Below the pieces are notes generated by a model, which saw only the letters and a list, made by a program, of their open reading frames with translations, did no database searches and was not told where the DNA came from. The position numbers and the translations under genes were made by a program. Positions 1 through 13,539 of a stretch of DNA of 64,000 nucleotides are shown one piece after another. Numbering within the stretch: the first letter of the stretch is position 1; every line of letters begins with the position of its first letter. Source of the DNA: Octopus sinensis (taxonomy: Eukaryota); contig NC_043000.1 of the NCBI RefSeq assembly GCF_006345805.1, positions 3,782,001 through 3,846,000 on the forward strand, read 5' to 3'.

Positions 1-653
1 TGAGTGTAGTAGGTGCTTTTCACATGCCACTAGCACAGGTGCCAGGCGAGGCTGGCAATCAGTTGGTGCTTTTTACATGCCACCGGCACGGAAGCCAGTC
101 AAAGGTCTCAGTCACTAGTCATTGCCTCAATGAGGCCTAATGTTCGAAGGTTGTGCTTCACCACCTTGTCCCAGGTTTTCCTGGGTCTACTTCTTCCACA
201 CGTTTCCTCACCTATCTTCATCCATTCTCGCCACATGACCATACCAGTGCAATCGTCTCTCTTGCACACCACAACTGATGCTTCTTAGGTCCAACTTTTC
301 TCTCAAGGTACTTACACTCTGTCGAAACATCTTAAATAAAAGATATATTGGATAATGTAGTTTCTGATATACAAAAAGACAGAGTGGTTACAATAAAAAC
401 CTCTTTTATTGTAAGTCTGTCCAGTCAGAACTGATCTGGGACTAAACAACAACCAAATTTACTTTGAGCCAACAAAGTAAGGCCTCTACACAGTCACTCA
501 AGAGGTTAGAAGTAGTAACAAAATTTCCTTCAAGTGACATCTGATCATTTAAAATTGGTCAATATAGTCCTATATAGAATGATAATCACAATTTCTATTT
601 TAGTATGATCTCAGCTGTCTGACAAACTTCTTTCTTCTTTCTTCTTTATGCCT

Positions 654-983
654 TTAACCCTCCAATGCGGAGTATAGGCCACTTATAATTGAATTCCATG
701 TCGCATAATTTTTCGCTTCCCTACTTATACTCTGCCATGAATGTCCCCCTTTCTCTAGTTCCTTTTGTGTTGATCTAAGCCACAAGTTCTTACGCCAACC
801 TCTCTTTCTATATCCACCCGGTTTCCACTGTAAAGCACTTTTCGCTACATTTCGTGTTTCTTTTCTAATTGTGCTACAATGAGACAGGCAAACAACAGTT
901 AAGTCAAATAAGCAAATACAATCATTCATCAACAGATGCTTGCGTAGTATACTTAAAATTAGATGGCCCAAACACATAAGCAA
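654..983 (-). mobile_element. RTE-clade LINE ORF2 C-terminal relic
   Basis: ORF with GH(I)L-R...ALQWKPGGYRKRG...W motifs typical of the RTE post-RT domain. Confidence 0.7.
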
Positions 984-1269
984 TATGGAGCAAAGAACGA
1001 ATCAAGTTTCGATTAGGGAGCAAATATTAAAAAAAAAATGCCTCACAAACAGTAACATGAAACTCTGAGTAGGAGTTTTGAAGATTGGTGGGGGGGGGGG
1101 CGTTAATAAACAACATATTACTCTACCTTTGGTATTTGAGTACTATTTTTTCCCACCTTGTTTTGCATTTATGTGCTTACTTGTGTATATATAAAATAAT
1201 ATAAATATGACATAAACTCGGGGGAAATCATCAGAAATATTTTCTCCATTTGTATCTTTAAAGATTTAA

Positions 1270-1489
1270 CCCTTTAGCATTCAGATCATTCTGTGAAATG
1301 TAATGTTTATTCATAAACACTATTTTGAATTAATCCTATATTACCTTGCAGGTTTGGGATTTTGATGCTGCAACTGTATATTTTTAGAATGACATTGTAG
1401 GACAGGTGTGAGGGGCCATACCTGGCTATTTTGAACATAAAACAGGTAGACTATTTCAGCCAAATATAGCCAGTTTAAATGCTTAAAGA
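1270..1489. mobile_element. piggyBac-like MITE (family also at about 12105-12310, 30610-30835, 45565-45970)
   Basis: TTAA-CCCTTTAGCATT...AATGCTtAAAGa-TTAA termini. Confidence 0.6.
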
Positions 1490-2458
1490 TTAAACAATTT
1501 AACTGTAGATTTAACTTTGTAGACCCCCTTTTCTTTAAAAACCAAGTAACTAATTTTCTAATTATACCAGTTGATAATGACTTACATTTATTTTTACAAA
1601 TCAGAATTAAGCAAAAGTTTTATTTGTTGGATAATATTTTGCTTGTTTCCCTCATAGGACTGTGGCCATGCAGGGGCACTGCCTTGGAGGGTTTAGTCAA
1701 ACAAATCAACCCCAGTACTTATTTTTTTAAGTATCAGTTCTTTTTGCTAAACAGCTTAGTTACAAGAACATAAACAAACCAACACCAGTTGTCAATCAGT
1801 GGTGGGGGACAAACACAAACACTAACTTACACATACACATAATTACCTTTTATCTTTCGCTTATTTCAGTCATTAGACTGTGGATATACTGGGGAGCCAC
1901 CTTGACGGGCTCAGTCAAACAAATCAGCCCCTATACTTAATTTTTCTTAAGTCTGGTACTTATTCAATCAGTCCCTTTTTGCTGAATGGCTAAATTAAAT
2001 TATGGGGTTGTATATATATATATATATACCGGAGTAAACACATAAATGTGAAACAAGGTGGAAAAAAAGAGTACTCAAATACCAGTGGTAGAGTAATATG
2101 CTTTATTTAAAGCAGCAGAAAATCCAACAAAACCTGTTACTCTGAGTTTCACGTTACTGTTCAGGTAACAGGTTTTGTTGACTTTCCTGCTGCTTTAAAT
2201 AAAGTATATATATATATATATATATATATATACTCTTTTTCTTTTTACTTGTTTCAGTCATTTGACTGTGGGCATGCTGGAGCACTGCCTTTGGTCGAGC
2301 AAATCGACCCCAGGGCTTATTCTTTGTAAGCCTAGTACTTATTCTATCGGTCTCTTTTGCCGAACCGCTAAGTTACGGGGACGTAAACACACCAGCATCG
2401 GTTGTCAAGCGATGTTGGGTGGACAAACACAAACACACAAACATATACACACACATAT

Positions 2459-2459
<1 letters not shown>

Positions 2460-2526
<67 letters not shown>

Positions 2527-2674
2527 AGAGAGAGAGAGAGAGAGAGAGAGAAGAGAGAGGGGGAGAAGTCAGACAGACAGAGAGGCAGAGATAGATAGAT
2601 AGATAGATAGAGAGATAGATAGAGAGAGAGAGAGAAAGAGAGAGGGGGAGACAGTCAGACAGACAGAGAGGCAG

Positions 2675-2747
<73 letters not shown>

Positions 2748-2774
2748 AAGAGAGAGGGGGAGACAGAGAGGCAG

Positions 2775-2809
<35 letters not shown>

Positions 2810-2816
2810 CAGATAT
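2460..2816. repeat. Compound (GATA)n/(GA)n microsatellite splitting a family A SINE
   Basis: Directly visible; the GACAGACAGAGAGGCAGA spacer recurs. Confidence 0.95.
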
Positions 2817-3532
2817 TTATACATGCACAGATACATGTGACAGGCTTCTTTCCATTTTCTTCTTCCAAATCAACTCACAATGCTTTAGTTGGCTTCGGGC
2901 TATGCCCAAGGTGCCATGCAGTGAGACATTTTTTTCTTTTTTAAAATAGCTTGATATTCTTTCTATATTCCTACAGTTAACTACTTAAATATGCAAATGG
3001 AGTTAAGTATTTTTCTCATGGGTTAGCACAAGGTATTGAGAATAACAAGGTTTGAAATCTTGAGCATGTAATTAATCTATTGACCAGCATTTCAATTTAT
3101 GTTGATAATATCTAGTATTTATTTTTTTTAAATTAACAAAAAAATATTAACACATTTAAATAGCCATAATAAAATATTATTGTATGGCAAAAACATAAAT
3201 AATAGCTTCAAAAAAGAAATGAAACCCATTCAGCAGATCTTTTGTCTGTACAGTTCTGTGCTGACAGAATTTCTCTTTCCATTCATAACATTTATCATTT
3301 ATTACAGAGCACAGTAACCATTCCCAATGCAAGGCCGTAATTAAATCTTCCTTCCTTTTACTTGCATGTACCAAATAACGATAATAATTCTCAGATACTT
3401 CCTAAATTCATTTGAACTCAACTCAACAAGGGAACCACTGTGTGATCGTTTGACCTCTTAGAAACAGCAACTGAATGCTATTTTTTTTTTTTTTACCTTC
3501 TGTTTTTTTTTTTGCTTTTTCTTTTTAATGGC

Positions 3533-3585
3533 TTAGTCAGAGAAGAAAGGGTAGCATCTATGATCCTTTCCAGAACCTCCGTGAC
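3533..3585 (-). other. Candidate exon of an unidentified gene (either terminal ...GHGGSGKDHRCYPFFSD* or internal VTEVLERIIDATLSSL...)
   Basis: Strong acceptor ctctgtttccacag; unique sequence; downstream AATAAA about 3300. No homology recognised. Confidence 0.3.
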
Positions 3586-3724
3586 CTGTGGAAACAGAGT
3601 ATCTCTTAAAACCTAGGATACTGTAAATATTTCCAACTGATGGCATTCCTCAATTAAGCACACTTTAAAAGATATGAAATAAAACCATTTTTTAAAAATA
3701 ATAAATTGAATAACAATAATTTGT

Positions 3725-4138
3725 GGATCTTTTCTGTTTGAACGGCAGTTTTTAAAAATAATTTCCACATAACTAAACACTTTTAAACTTCGTATACTGG
3801 TAGAATGTGCTTATAAAACATCTTTTTCTCTTGGCTTTATTGAGAAAATTCTATAGTTTGTAAGATATTTGTTGTTGTTTTTCTTCAGTTTCTGCAATTT
3901 CAACCAATCAATGATGTCTATTGAGGTGAAAACATTCTGTGCCATATGAATATGTCCCTCGTTTAAGAAACAGAGTGGGTTTATTTACATTTCTGAAGAA
4001 AAAATACCCTTCCCCTCACCCCCACCCCTAACCATAAAACAGATTGAAATGCAATAGATCGATACTAGGGTCATAATGATGGGTGACAATTTCATATGAC
4101 ACCACTAGAAAAAACTGCCGTTCAAACCGAAAAGATCC
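3725..4138. mobile_element. MITE with GG-terminal 29-bp TIRs and 8-bp TSD (Merlin/IS1016-like)
   Basis: TIR GGATCTTTTC(T)GTTTGAACGGCAGTTTTT; TSD TAATTTGT at 3717-3724 and 4139-4146. Confidence 0.85.
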
Positions 4139-4942
4139 TAATTTGTTAATGTTAGATAAAATTCCTTGCAGTATTTAGTTCAGGCCCTATATTCTCCTAT
4201 TGAGTTCAAATCCTATTGAGATTAATTTTGCTTTTCATTTCTCTGGAGTCTGTTAAGAAAGATACCAGTCAAGTAGTGCAGTTGATTTCATATACTGATA
4301 CTAATGCTTCTCTCTTGCTTTATCAAATAGGTGACTATGGCTGAAGATCTTAAATGAATCTCCTTTGTGCTGCATGTATGTTATGGATGAATGATGGTGT
4401 AGTCATCCTTAACACACGTGTTAAGGATGGCCTCAGAATTCCTGCAAGAAGCAGCAACCCATAGCATTGGATGAAAGGATGAAAAGCAAAGTCAACATTA
4501 GCAGGATTTGAACTCAGAACGTAAAGCCAAAAGAAATGCTGCAAAGCATTGTCAAGCAGGCTAATAATTCTGCCAGCTCTCAGCCTTAATAATAACAGTA
4601 ATAATAATAATAATACAATTGGATGGTTCTCTTATGTGCCACCGGCACTGGTATCACACCTACAATTTCCATTGATGTTGATCGATTTAGTAATAATAAT
4701 AATAATAACAATAATGACTTCAATTTGGGGGGAGGTAAAGTTAGTCGATTATATTGATCCCAGTACTCAACTAGTAGTTATTCTATTGACCCAGAAAGGA
4801 TGAAAGACAAAGTAGACCTTGGTGGAATTTGAACTCAGAACATAAAGACAGACAAAAATGCCAATAAGCATTTTGCCCAGCATGCTTACAGTTCTGCCAG
4901 CTCACTGCCTTAGTAACAATAACAATAATAACAATAGTAGTA

Positions 4943-4980
<38 letters not shown>

Positions 4981-5848
4981 CCTTTCTACAAAAGGTACAA
5001 GGCCTGAAATTTTGGGGGCAGGGACTAATCGATTACATCGACTCCAGTGTTTCACTGGTACTTGATTTCAACCTCAACAGAAGTTGAACTCAGAACATAG
5101 TGGCAGATGAAATACTGCAAATCATTTCAGCTGGCATGCTAACGATTCTGCCATCTCGCCACCTTAGTAGTAGTAGTAGTAGTAATAATAATAATGATGA
5201 TGATGAGGAGGAGGAGGAGGAGGAGGGGGGAGGAAGACGACGACGACTGAGATTTGCCAAGAATTGACGTATAAGCTTGTCTTTGGCTGTTTTTGAAATT
5301 ATGTTTTGGATGAGTTTACTCGTTGCACTCTGAAAAAGACAAATTGGGTGAAAGCAAGTTAACTCGTCTTTGCCGGGTAAGGGGTTAATATCGATCAAGA
5401 TGGTGAGCTGATAGAGTTATTAGCATACAGGGCAAAATGCTTAGCAGCAGTTTGTCTGTCTTTATGTTCTGAATTCAAATTCCAGCAAGGTCAACTTTGC
5501 CTTTCATCCCTTTGTGGCCAATAAACTAAGTACCAGTTGAGCCCTAGGGGCAATGTAATCAACTTGTCCCCTCCTCTGAGATTTTGTACCAAAATTTGAA
5601 ATCATTGTTATGGATTAAGGTGACAAGCCAACAAAATTGTTAGCACACCAGACAAAGTGCATCAGTCTTTACATTCTGAGTTCAAATTCTGCCAAAGACA
5701 GTTTTGCTTTTTATTATTTCAAGATCAATGAAATGAGTATCACTTCTCAGTTTTCACATTATTTTTTTTTAAACTCAATATTTTATTGTAATTCTGATGG
5801 TATTTGATTTCTAGATATCAAGCTTTATCTCACAGCCTTAGATATCTA

Positions 5849-6370
5849 CCGTAAATCCTCGAGTACAGTCTGCCCTTGAGTATAATACATGGGAGTTGGG
5901 GGAGGGGGCTGTACCTCTGAAAAACCTAAACCTTGTGTATAATATGCACCCCTTCTCTAACTTGAGTCATGTGTAATTAAGGCAGCAGCACTTAGTCGAA
6001 CAAACACTTCTGCGCATGAGTAATACAATAATGGTGATGTTCTTAACTGTTATATGGGAATGTAAATATGTTTGCAAATTGTTTTTGTTACATGTTATTC
6101 TGTGTTCTGAATACTTTTATTTTAATAAATGTTGCTTACTGCAAGTTATGATTGATTCTTTTATGACTTCATTGCTTTCAGGCTTAGCTTAAGGTATTTT
6201 CCCGCCCGACATCACAAAATGCGTCTGAATGAACATTGCCGGACAGCAAATAGATACTTGGATATTGCTTAGAAATACTTTTCATTTTTAACCTCGTATA
6301 TAGTACACACTAGGGATTTTGGCCTTTAAATTTTGGGAAAAAAATGTGGATTATATTCAAGGATTTACGG
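5849..6370. mobile_element. Tc1/mariner(pogo)-type MITE
   Basis: TA-CCGTAAATCCT...AGGATTTACGG-TA termini with TA duplication. Confidence 0.75.
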
Positions 6371-7725
6371 TAGTACGTTTCTTACAGTTCTTGAAGTGCC
6401 AAGCAAACAAATTTTCTGTAGAGTCAGGATATTCACCTCAATATCCAATACTTTCAACCAATCAAAACTCTTACTATTTTCCCTAAGGCTCTGATTATAA
6501 CTGAAATAATATATTATTTACAGCAGTGTCTTGAATTTCATACATTAAGTCCTGGTATTATTCTATTTCCTCATATTCTGTCTAGCACTCTACTATTAAT
6601 TGAGCAAGCAATATCAGTTAAACCACACAAAAACTGTTTTAACCAATAGAAAAGTGCAAGTGCTGCCTGATCTCTTTTGTAAATAGATGACTTGTTTTAA
6701 GTCCTCAAAGAGAATACACCTGATTTCCCTTCCCAATTAATAGCATAGAATACAGTTATATTAAACTGTGAACATTTTTATATGTGATAACTCCAAGTTT
6801 TTTTTTTTTGTCATTTAGTCAAGTTGCTCATGACTCTTTACAAGGCCTCCAAGACTGCTGGAAAGAACTGAGAAAAGCATGCTCAAATTAAAGACATAAC
6901 CCAAATGCTTTGCAACATGATGAACATCACTAAAGACATTATGGGCAAGCTAGTTGTGTTAAACTGGGCACTGGATTAACTCTATATTCCAAGTAGGCCA
7001 CAGCAAGATTTGAACTCTGTGTATTCCCTATTTGATACTCTAATGTTTTCAGTTCACTGCCCTTGACTGGTATTTTTTTATTGATTCCAAAATGATGAAA
7101 GGTAAAGAGCAAATATTATGAAGGTTATCATATTTGATGACCTAAAAGACACATGGGCATATTGGAAGCATTTCAAAATCAGTAGAACATATTCAAGAAA
7201 TAAAGGTTTTAGTGCTTTAAAATATATAGGCCCAACTTCACACATAGGACCCCAAATTTTTTTTTTTTTTTTCAAGATACATTTTTGTAAAAAAAATGTG
7301 TTTTACTACCATCAAATACAGTAATTTTACATGTCATGGTTGTGTGGTTAAGAAGAATCACAAGATTCACAACCACATGGTTTCTGGTTCAACCTCATCC
7401 GTCTGACCATGACAAATTAAGTAACAGAATGTAGGAGTAAGTAAATATTTATCCATGTCCTTTATTATCAATACAATCAATAGAAGTAGTAGTATATATA
7501 TATAGAGAGAGAGAGGCCGAATCAATCAATTTAATTATACCTCCATCTATCTCTACCACACGCAAGCGATTGACTCTACATGCAGAAGAAATCAATGTTT
7601 AGTCACTGATGACATCATGTAGCATGTGTGTGTCTGCTTCTGTGTGTATGTGCATGAGTGTGTTATGCATGTGTGTATGTGTATGCATGCATTTGTAAGT
7701 ATATAAATTATGTATATCATGCATA

Positions 7726-7782
<57 letters not shown>

Positions 7783-9330
7783 CTCTCTCTATTTATATAT
7801 ATATATAAATATATCTGTCATCTACAACAGGAGAGTCTATCATATATATATAATATGTATGCGCACATAATACTCTCTCTCACACACACACACACACATA
7901 CACACAAACACAAACACACACACACACATTCTCACACATACATACACACACACACCCCCCATCATTTCATCATACAGCTAGATAGATTAATTGTGTGCAG
8001 AAAATCTTGTTTCATACCTTAATTGAATATTCAAATGGTTTAAGTGGCATTAATGGTACACAACAGACCTATGATAAAAATGATATGATGAGACATTTGC
8101 GCACAAATTAGTTGGTGAGAATGATGACAATAAATTACTATATATCATTTTTGTCTTTATTTTCCCAACCTACCACGAAATGTATGGAGCTGTTCCAGTG
8201 GTGGTACACTAATACCAAGTTATTAAAACAGTACAAAGATGTTGAAGGTAGAAGTTTGATAATGGATAGCAATATATACTCATTCACTCTTTTACTCGTA
8301 TCAGTCATTTTGACTGTGGCCATGCTGGAGCACCGCCTTTAGTCAAGCAAGTCAACCCCAGGACTTCTTTGGAACTCTAGTACTTATTCTATCGGTCTCT
8401 TTTGCCGAACCACTAAGTTACGGGGATGTAAACACATCAGCATTGGTTGTCAAGCGGGGGGACAAACATAGACACACAAACATATACACACACATACATA
8501 TATATACGGGCTTCTTTCAGTTTCCGCCTACCAAATCCACTCACAAGGTCAGCCCGAGGCTATAGTAGAAGACACTTGCCCAAGGTGCCACACAGTGGGA
8601 CTGGACCCGGAACTATGTGGTTGGTAAGCAAGCTACTTACCACACAGCCACTCCTGTGCCTATATATATATACATTTAAGTATTTGTTTTGAAAGATTCC
8701 TGATGTGAAATCTTATGTGGAAACAGGTATTTTGGGATGGTCATTGGGATGGTCATATTTTGGGATGGTCATTGTTTTTTTAATAAATAAACACAACACT
8801 AAAAACTTATTCTTCACTTCAGTTTTACTTTTACTATTCTTATTTTATCGTCCTTTGTTTGAAATCTTTTATAGCACATCCTGTGGCCTCTTCAGCAACT
8901 CTCCATCCCAAGTGTCTCTTCCTGTCCTCTAAACAGGATTTCAGACAAAGGACTCTAAAACAAGAACAATAATAAAGCTGAAGTGAAAAATAAGTATATG
9001 GTGCAAGTGTTTATTTGGCATGCAAAAAGGTTAACAACAAATGAAAATCCCGAAATATAACAATAATAGATAAAATCATCATCATCATCATCATCGTTTA
9101 GCGTCCGCTTTCCATGCTGGCATGGGTTGGACGGTGCAACTGGGGTCTGGGAAGCCAGAAGCCTGCACCAGGCCCAGTCTGATCTCGCAACGTTTCTACG
9201 GCTGGATGCCCTTCCTAATGCCATGGATAAAATCTATATAAGATTTTATTGAGTAGCTAGCATGTAAACCAATTAAAGAAAAAAATTAAAACAAGGTATC
9301 TAATATTTTCCTTTATATATAAAAGGAAGT

Positions 9331-9733
9331 GGCTGGAGTGGCTGTGTGGTAAGTAGCTTGCTTACCAGCCACATGGTTCTGGATTCAGTCCCACTGTGTG
9401 GCACCTTGGGAAAGTGTCTTCTGCTATAGCCCCGGGCCAACCAAAGCCTTGTGAGTGGATTTGATAGACAGAAACTGAAAGAAGCCCATTGTATATATGT
9501 ATATATCTATGTGTGTGTGTGTTTGTGTGTCTGTGTTTGTCCCCCAACATCGCTTGACAATGGATGCTAGTGTGTTTACATCCCTGTAACTTAGCGGTTT
9601 GGCAAAAGAGACCAATAGAATAAGTACTAGGCTTCCAAAGAATAAGTCCTGGGGTCGATTTGCTCGACTAAAGGCAGTGCTCCAGTATGGCCGCAGTCAA
9701 ATGACTGAAACAAGTAAAAGAGTAAAGAGTAAA
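9331..9733 (+). mobile_element. tRNA-derived SINE family A, full length (other copies about 8282-8657, 18325-18745, 20385-20765, 26338-26680, 33585-34075, 37425-37785, 42880-43240)
   Basis: A-box TGGCTGTGTGG, B-box-like G(A/G)TTCAGTCCC, internal TA/TG microsatellite, AAAAGAGT tail; many near-identical copies. Confidence 0.9.
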
Positions 9734-9740
9734 ATACATG

Positions 9741-10000
9741 ATAATATCAAGGGCTATTAAAGTGTGTAAAAGCCACGTGCTTTAATGGGACTCTAAACTC
9801 ATGCCAACATCAAGGGAGTGAAAACTAGATGACCTTGAAATCATTAATGGTATACAACTAAACCTTTTATAATTGAAGGAATTTCTCCTACTTTTCATTT
9901 CCTCGATGTCGCCACATGTGTATACTTACTGAAGTAGTTTGACTTTAGAGTCTCATTAAAGCGTGTGGCTTTTAAACACAGTAATAGCCCTTGATATTAT
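9741..10000. mobile_element. MITE with about 60-bp imperfect TIRs
   Basis: ATAATATCAAGGGCTATTA...TAATAGCCCTTGATATTAT; a partial second copy lies at about 11728-11930. Confidence 0.65.
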
Positions 10001-11084
10001 AACAATAATATATGCAGAGAAATATAATTGTTTTGAAATGGTAATGTAACTAAAAGTACTGTTTACATAAACATTCTTTTTTATCTTTTGTTTTATTCTT
10101 GTTTTAGTCATTAGACTGCTGCCATGCTGGGGCACCGTCTTGAAGAATCTTTAGTTAATGGAATCGACACCAGTATTTATTATTTTTTTTAATGTCTGGT
10201 ATTTATTCTATCAGTTTCTTTTAGGGATGTAAACACACCAGCACCGGTTGTCAAATGGTGGAAACAAGGAAAGACACAAAGACATGCATCCCCAACCCCC
10301 AACACACACACACAACTGGCTTCTTTCAATTTCAGTCTACCAAATCCACTCACAAGGCTTTGATCAGCCTGGGGTTACAGTAGAAGATAGTTGCCCAAGA
10401 TGCCACACAGTAGGACTGAACCTGAAACCATGTGGTTGAAAAACAAGCTTCTTACCACATAAGCTATTTCTTTACTGCCCACAAGGGGCTAAACATAGAG
10501 GGGACAAACAAGGACAGACAAAGAGATTAAGTCGATTATATCGACCCCAGTGCAAAACTGGTACTTTATTTATTGACTCTGAAAGGATGAAAGACAAAGT
10601 CGACCTTGGTGGAATTTGAACTCAGAACGTAACGACAGACGAAATACTGCTACAGCTTGTCACCTTATAATCTTACCACATAATCATGCCTGCACCTATT
10701 TTAGAAATGTATAAATATGTTCATATTCTAAGAAGTCAACTGAAAAAATTTGTGTTGTAGAAAATAACCTTGTACATATTGCATTCAATAAATGTTCATT
10801 GATTGTCTCAGGTGGTGTTTGTAGATAATTCTTTGATTAAACAGAAAGGGAAGTCACCAAACGTGTTGTAATCTAATGAAATAGAGATTATGTACACCTC
10901 CACAGAATTTCTGTATATGCAATAATAACAACAATGGTAGTCTCTCGAGTCCAAGAAAGATGGTTCTGCGGCAATTTTTTTGTTGAACGACCAGCACTGA
11001 TGATTTGGTGTAAAGTGATCAAATGTTTGTGCTGCTCATTAACTCACTTCCTCCATCAAATTGTCCATTGCCTGTACAGGTGTA

Positions 11085-11122
<38 letters not shown>

Positions 11123-12314
11123 GCCGTTCAAGAATTTGGACCTGGAGATCTCCATTTCCAGCGACTCCGAGGGCCACCTCCCAGTGGTGTCGGGCATCAA
11201 TGAAGAGCCCTTGACTACAACAAGACGACCAAAGTTTTTTTTTCCAAGGTCAGGAGTCTCCCACCCCTAAGCCCTAGACTATCACCTAATCACCCTTACC
11301 CGTCTTGTTGCTTAACAACAACAACAACAACAACAGCAGCAGTATTTAATGTCTGCCATCCATGCTGGCATGGGTTGGACGGTTTGACAGGTGCTGGCTA
11401 GGCAGGAGCCTGCACCAGATTTCTGTGACTGTTTTGGCACAGTTTGTACAGCTGGGTGCCGTTCCTAACACCAACCACTCATCCAACAGGGTGGACAGGG
11501 TGCTTTTTATGTGACACAAGCACAGGCAAAGTCACTTTTGGCATGGTTTTTATACTTGGATGCCCTTCCAAATGCCAACCACTTTACTGTGTGAACTGGA
11601 TGCTACACTATAAAGTGGTTGGCATTTGGAAGGGCATCACATATCAGATGTCACTGTGTTCATAGAGCAACATGAGCTGAAAATTAATACAAGGTATCTA
11701 ATTTTTTCCTTTATATATAAATTACATTTATAATGTCAAGGGCTATTAAAGTGTCTAAAAGTCACACACTTTAATGGGACTCTAAACTCAAACTACTTCA
11801 ATAAGTATACACACACGCCAACATCAAGGGAATGAAAACAAGGAGATGACCATGAAATCATTAATGGTATACAACTAAACCATTTTTAATTGAAAGAATT
11901 TCTCCTACTTTTCATTCACTTGATGACGGAATCAAACTCATAATCTTGCAGTTGTAAGTGCAACAGCCTACCACTAGATCCCATGCTCTTGCAATATTCT
12001 CTGCTAAAGATCCATTTTTATTCTTCGTTTTCACCGTAATGCTAAATCTACTTGAATTTCCAGTTGTGAACATAGCTGTATAAATCTGACTACAAGAGCA
12101 GCTTTAATCCTTTAGCATCTAAACTGGTCATATCCAGCCCAAATATTTTACCTTTCTTATGTTCAAACCAGCCAGATCTGGCTTCTATCACTTATCCTAC
12201 AATGTTGTTCTAAAAATATGCAATTCCATCATCAAAATCTCAAAGTTATAGAGAAATGCATGATTAATTAAAAGCAGTGTGATTAAATAAGCATTATATC
12301 TGATAAAGTAATTA

Positions 12315-13500
12315 TCATCATCATCATAGTTTAGCATCTGTTTTCCATGCTGGCATGGTTGGATGGTTTGACTGAGGTCTGGAGAGCCAGCAGCTGCACC
12401 AGGCTCCAATCTGATCTGGTAATGTTTCTACAGCTTGATGTCCTTCCTAGTGCCAGCCACTCTGAGAGTGTAGTGGGTGCTTTTTACATGCCACCAGCAC
12501 AGGAGCCTGTCAGCCAGGCCCGGCATCGAACACGTTTAGATAGTGCTTTTTATGTGCCACCGGCACGGGAACCTGTCAGGTGGTACTGGCATCGGCCATG
12601 TTCAGATGGTGCTTTTTACATGCTACTGGCACAGGAGTCAGTCAGTGGGTACTGGCATCAGTCACATTCAGATGGTGCTTTTTATGTGCCACCAGCACGG
12701 GGGCCAGTCAGGTGGACTTGGCATCGACCATGTTTGGATGGTGCTTTTTACATGCCACCAGCAAGGGTCCCAGTCAGGAGACACAGGCGTCGACCACGTT
12801 TGGATGATACATTTTGCATGCTACCAGAACGGGAGCCAGTCAGGGGACACTGGTCACAGTTACAATTTTAGTTTTACTCTTAAATGGGCCAGACACTCAA
12901 CACTGGCATCAGCCATGGCTGCGATCTCACTTTAATTGCCAGGTCTTCTCAATCACAGCATATCTCCAAAGGTCTCGATGTCTTGTCATTGCCTCTGTGA
13001 GGCCCAATGTTCGAAGGTCATGCTTCATCACCTCATCCCATGTCTTCCTAGGTTTACCTCTTCCACAGGTTCCTTCCACAGTTAGGGAGTGGCACTTCCT
13101 GACACAGCTGTCCTCATCCATACATAACACATGACCATACCAGCACAGTGATCTCTCTTGCACACCACATTTGATGCTTCTTATGCCCAACTTTTCTCTC
13201 GGGGTGCTTACACTCTGTTGTGTATGCACACTGACATTACACATCCAGTGGATCATACTAGCTTCATTTCTTTCAAGCCTACACATATCCTCAGCAGTCA
13301 TGGCCCATGTTTCACTGCCATGGAGCATGGCAGTTTGCACACATGCATCATACAGTCTACCTTTCATCCTGAGCAAGAGGCCCTTAGTTGCCAGCAGAGG
13401 TAGGAGCTCCCTGAACTTTGCCCAGGCTATTCTTATTCTAGCCACTACACTTTCAGAGCAACCACCCCATTACAGACTTGGTTGCCTGGGTAGTGGAAGC
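12315..13500 (-). mobile_element. 5'-truncated RTE LINE with 3' UTR tandem repeat and (ATG)n tail
   Basis: ORF 12927..13445 (AWAKFREL, LHGSETW, WYGHV, GRGKPRKTW) runs into the GCATGGAAAAC...(ATG)n tail found in many 3'-end fragments in this window. Confidence 0.9.
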
Positions 13501-13539
13501 TATTGACTACTACTGATAAAGTAAGCTGAATACTAAAGG

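Noticed and set aside
2405-2868. IYLS-repeat ORFs
   Set aside because: Translation of the (GATA)n microsatellite.
12477-12872. Regularly spaced repeats resembling a CRISPR array
   Set aside because: The whole 66-bp unit is homologous (no unique spacers), it lies in a LINE 3' UTR, the context is eukaryotic and there are no cas genes.
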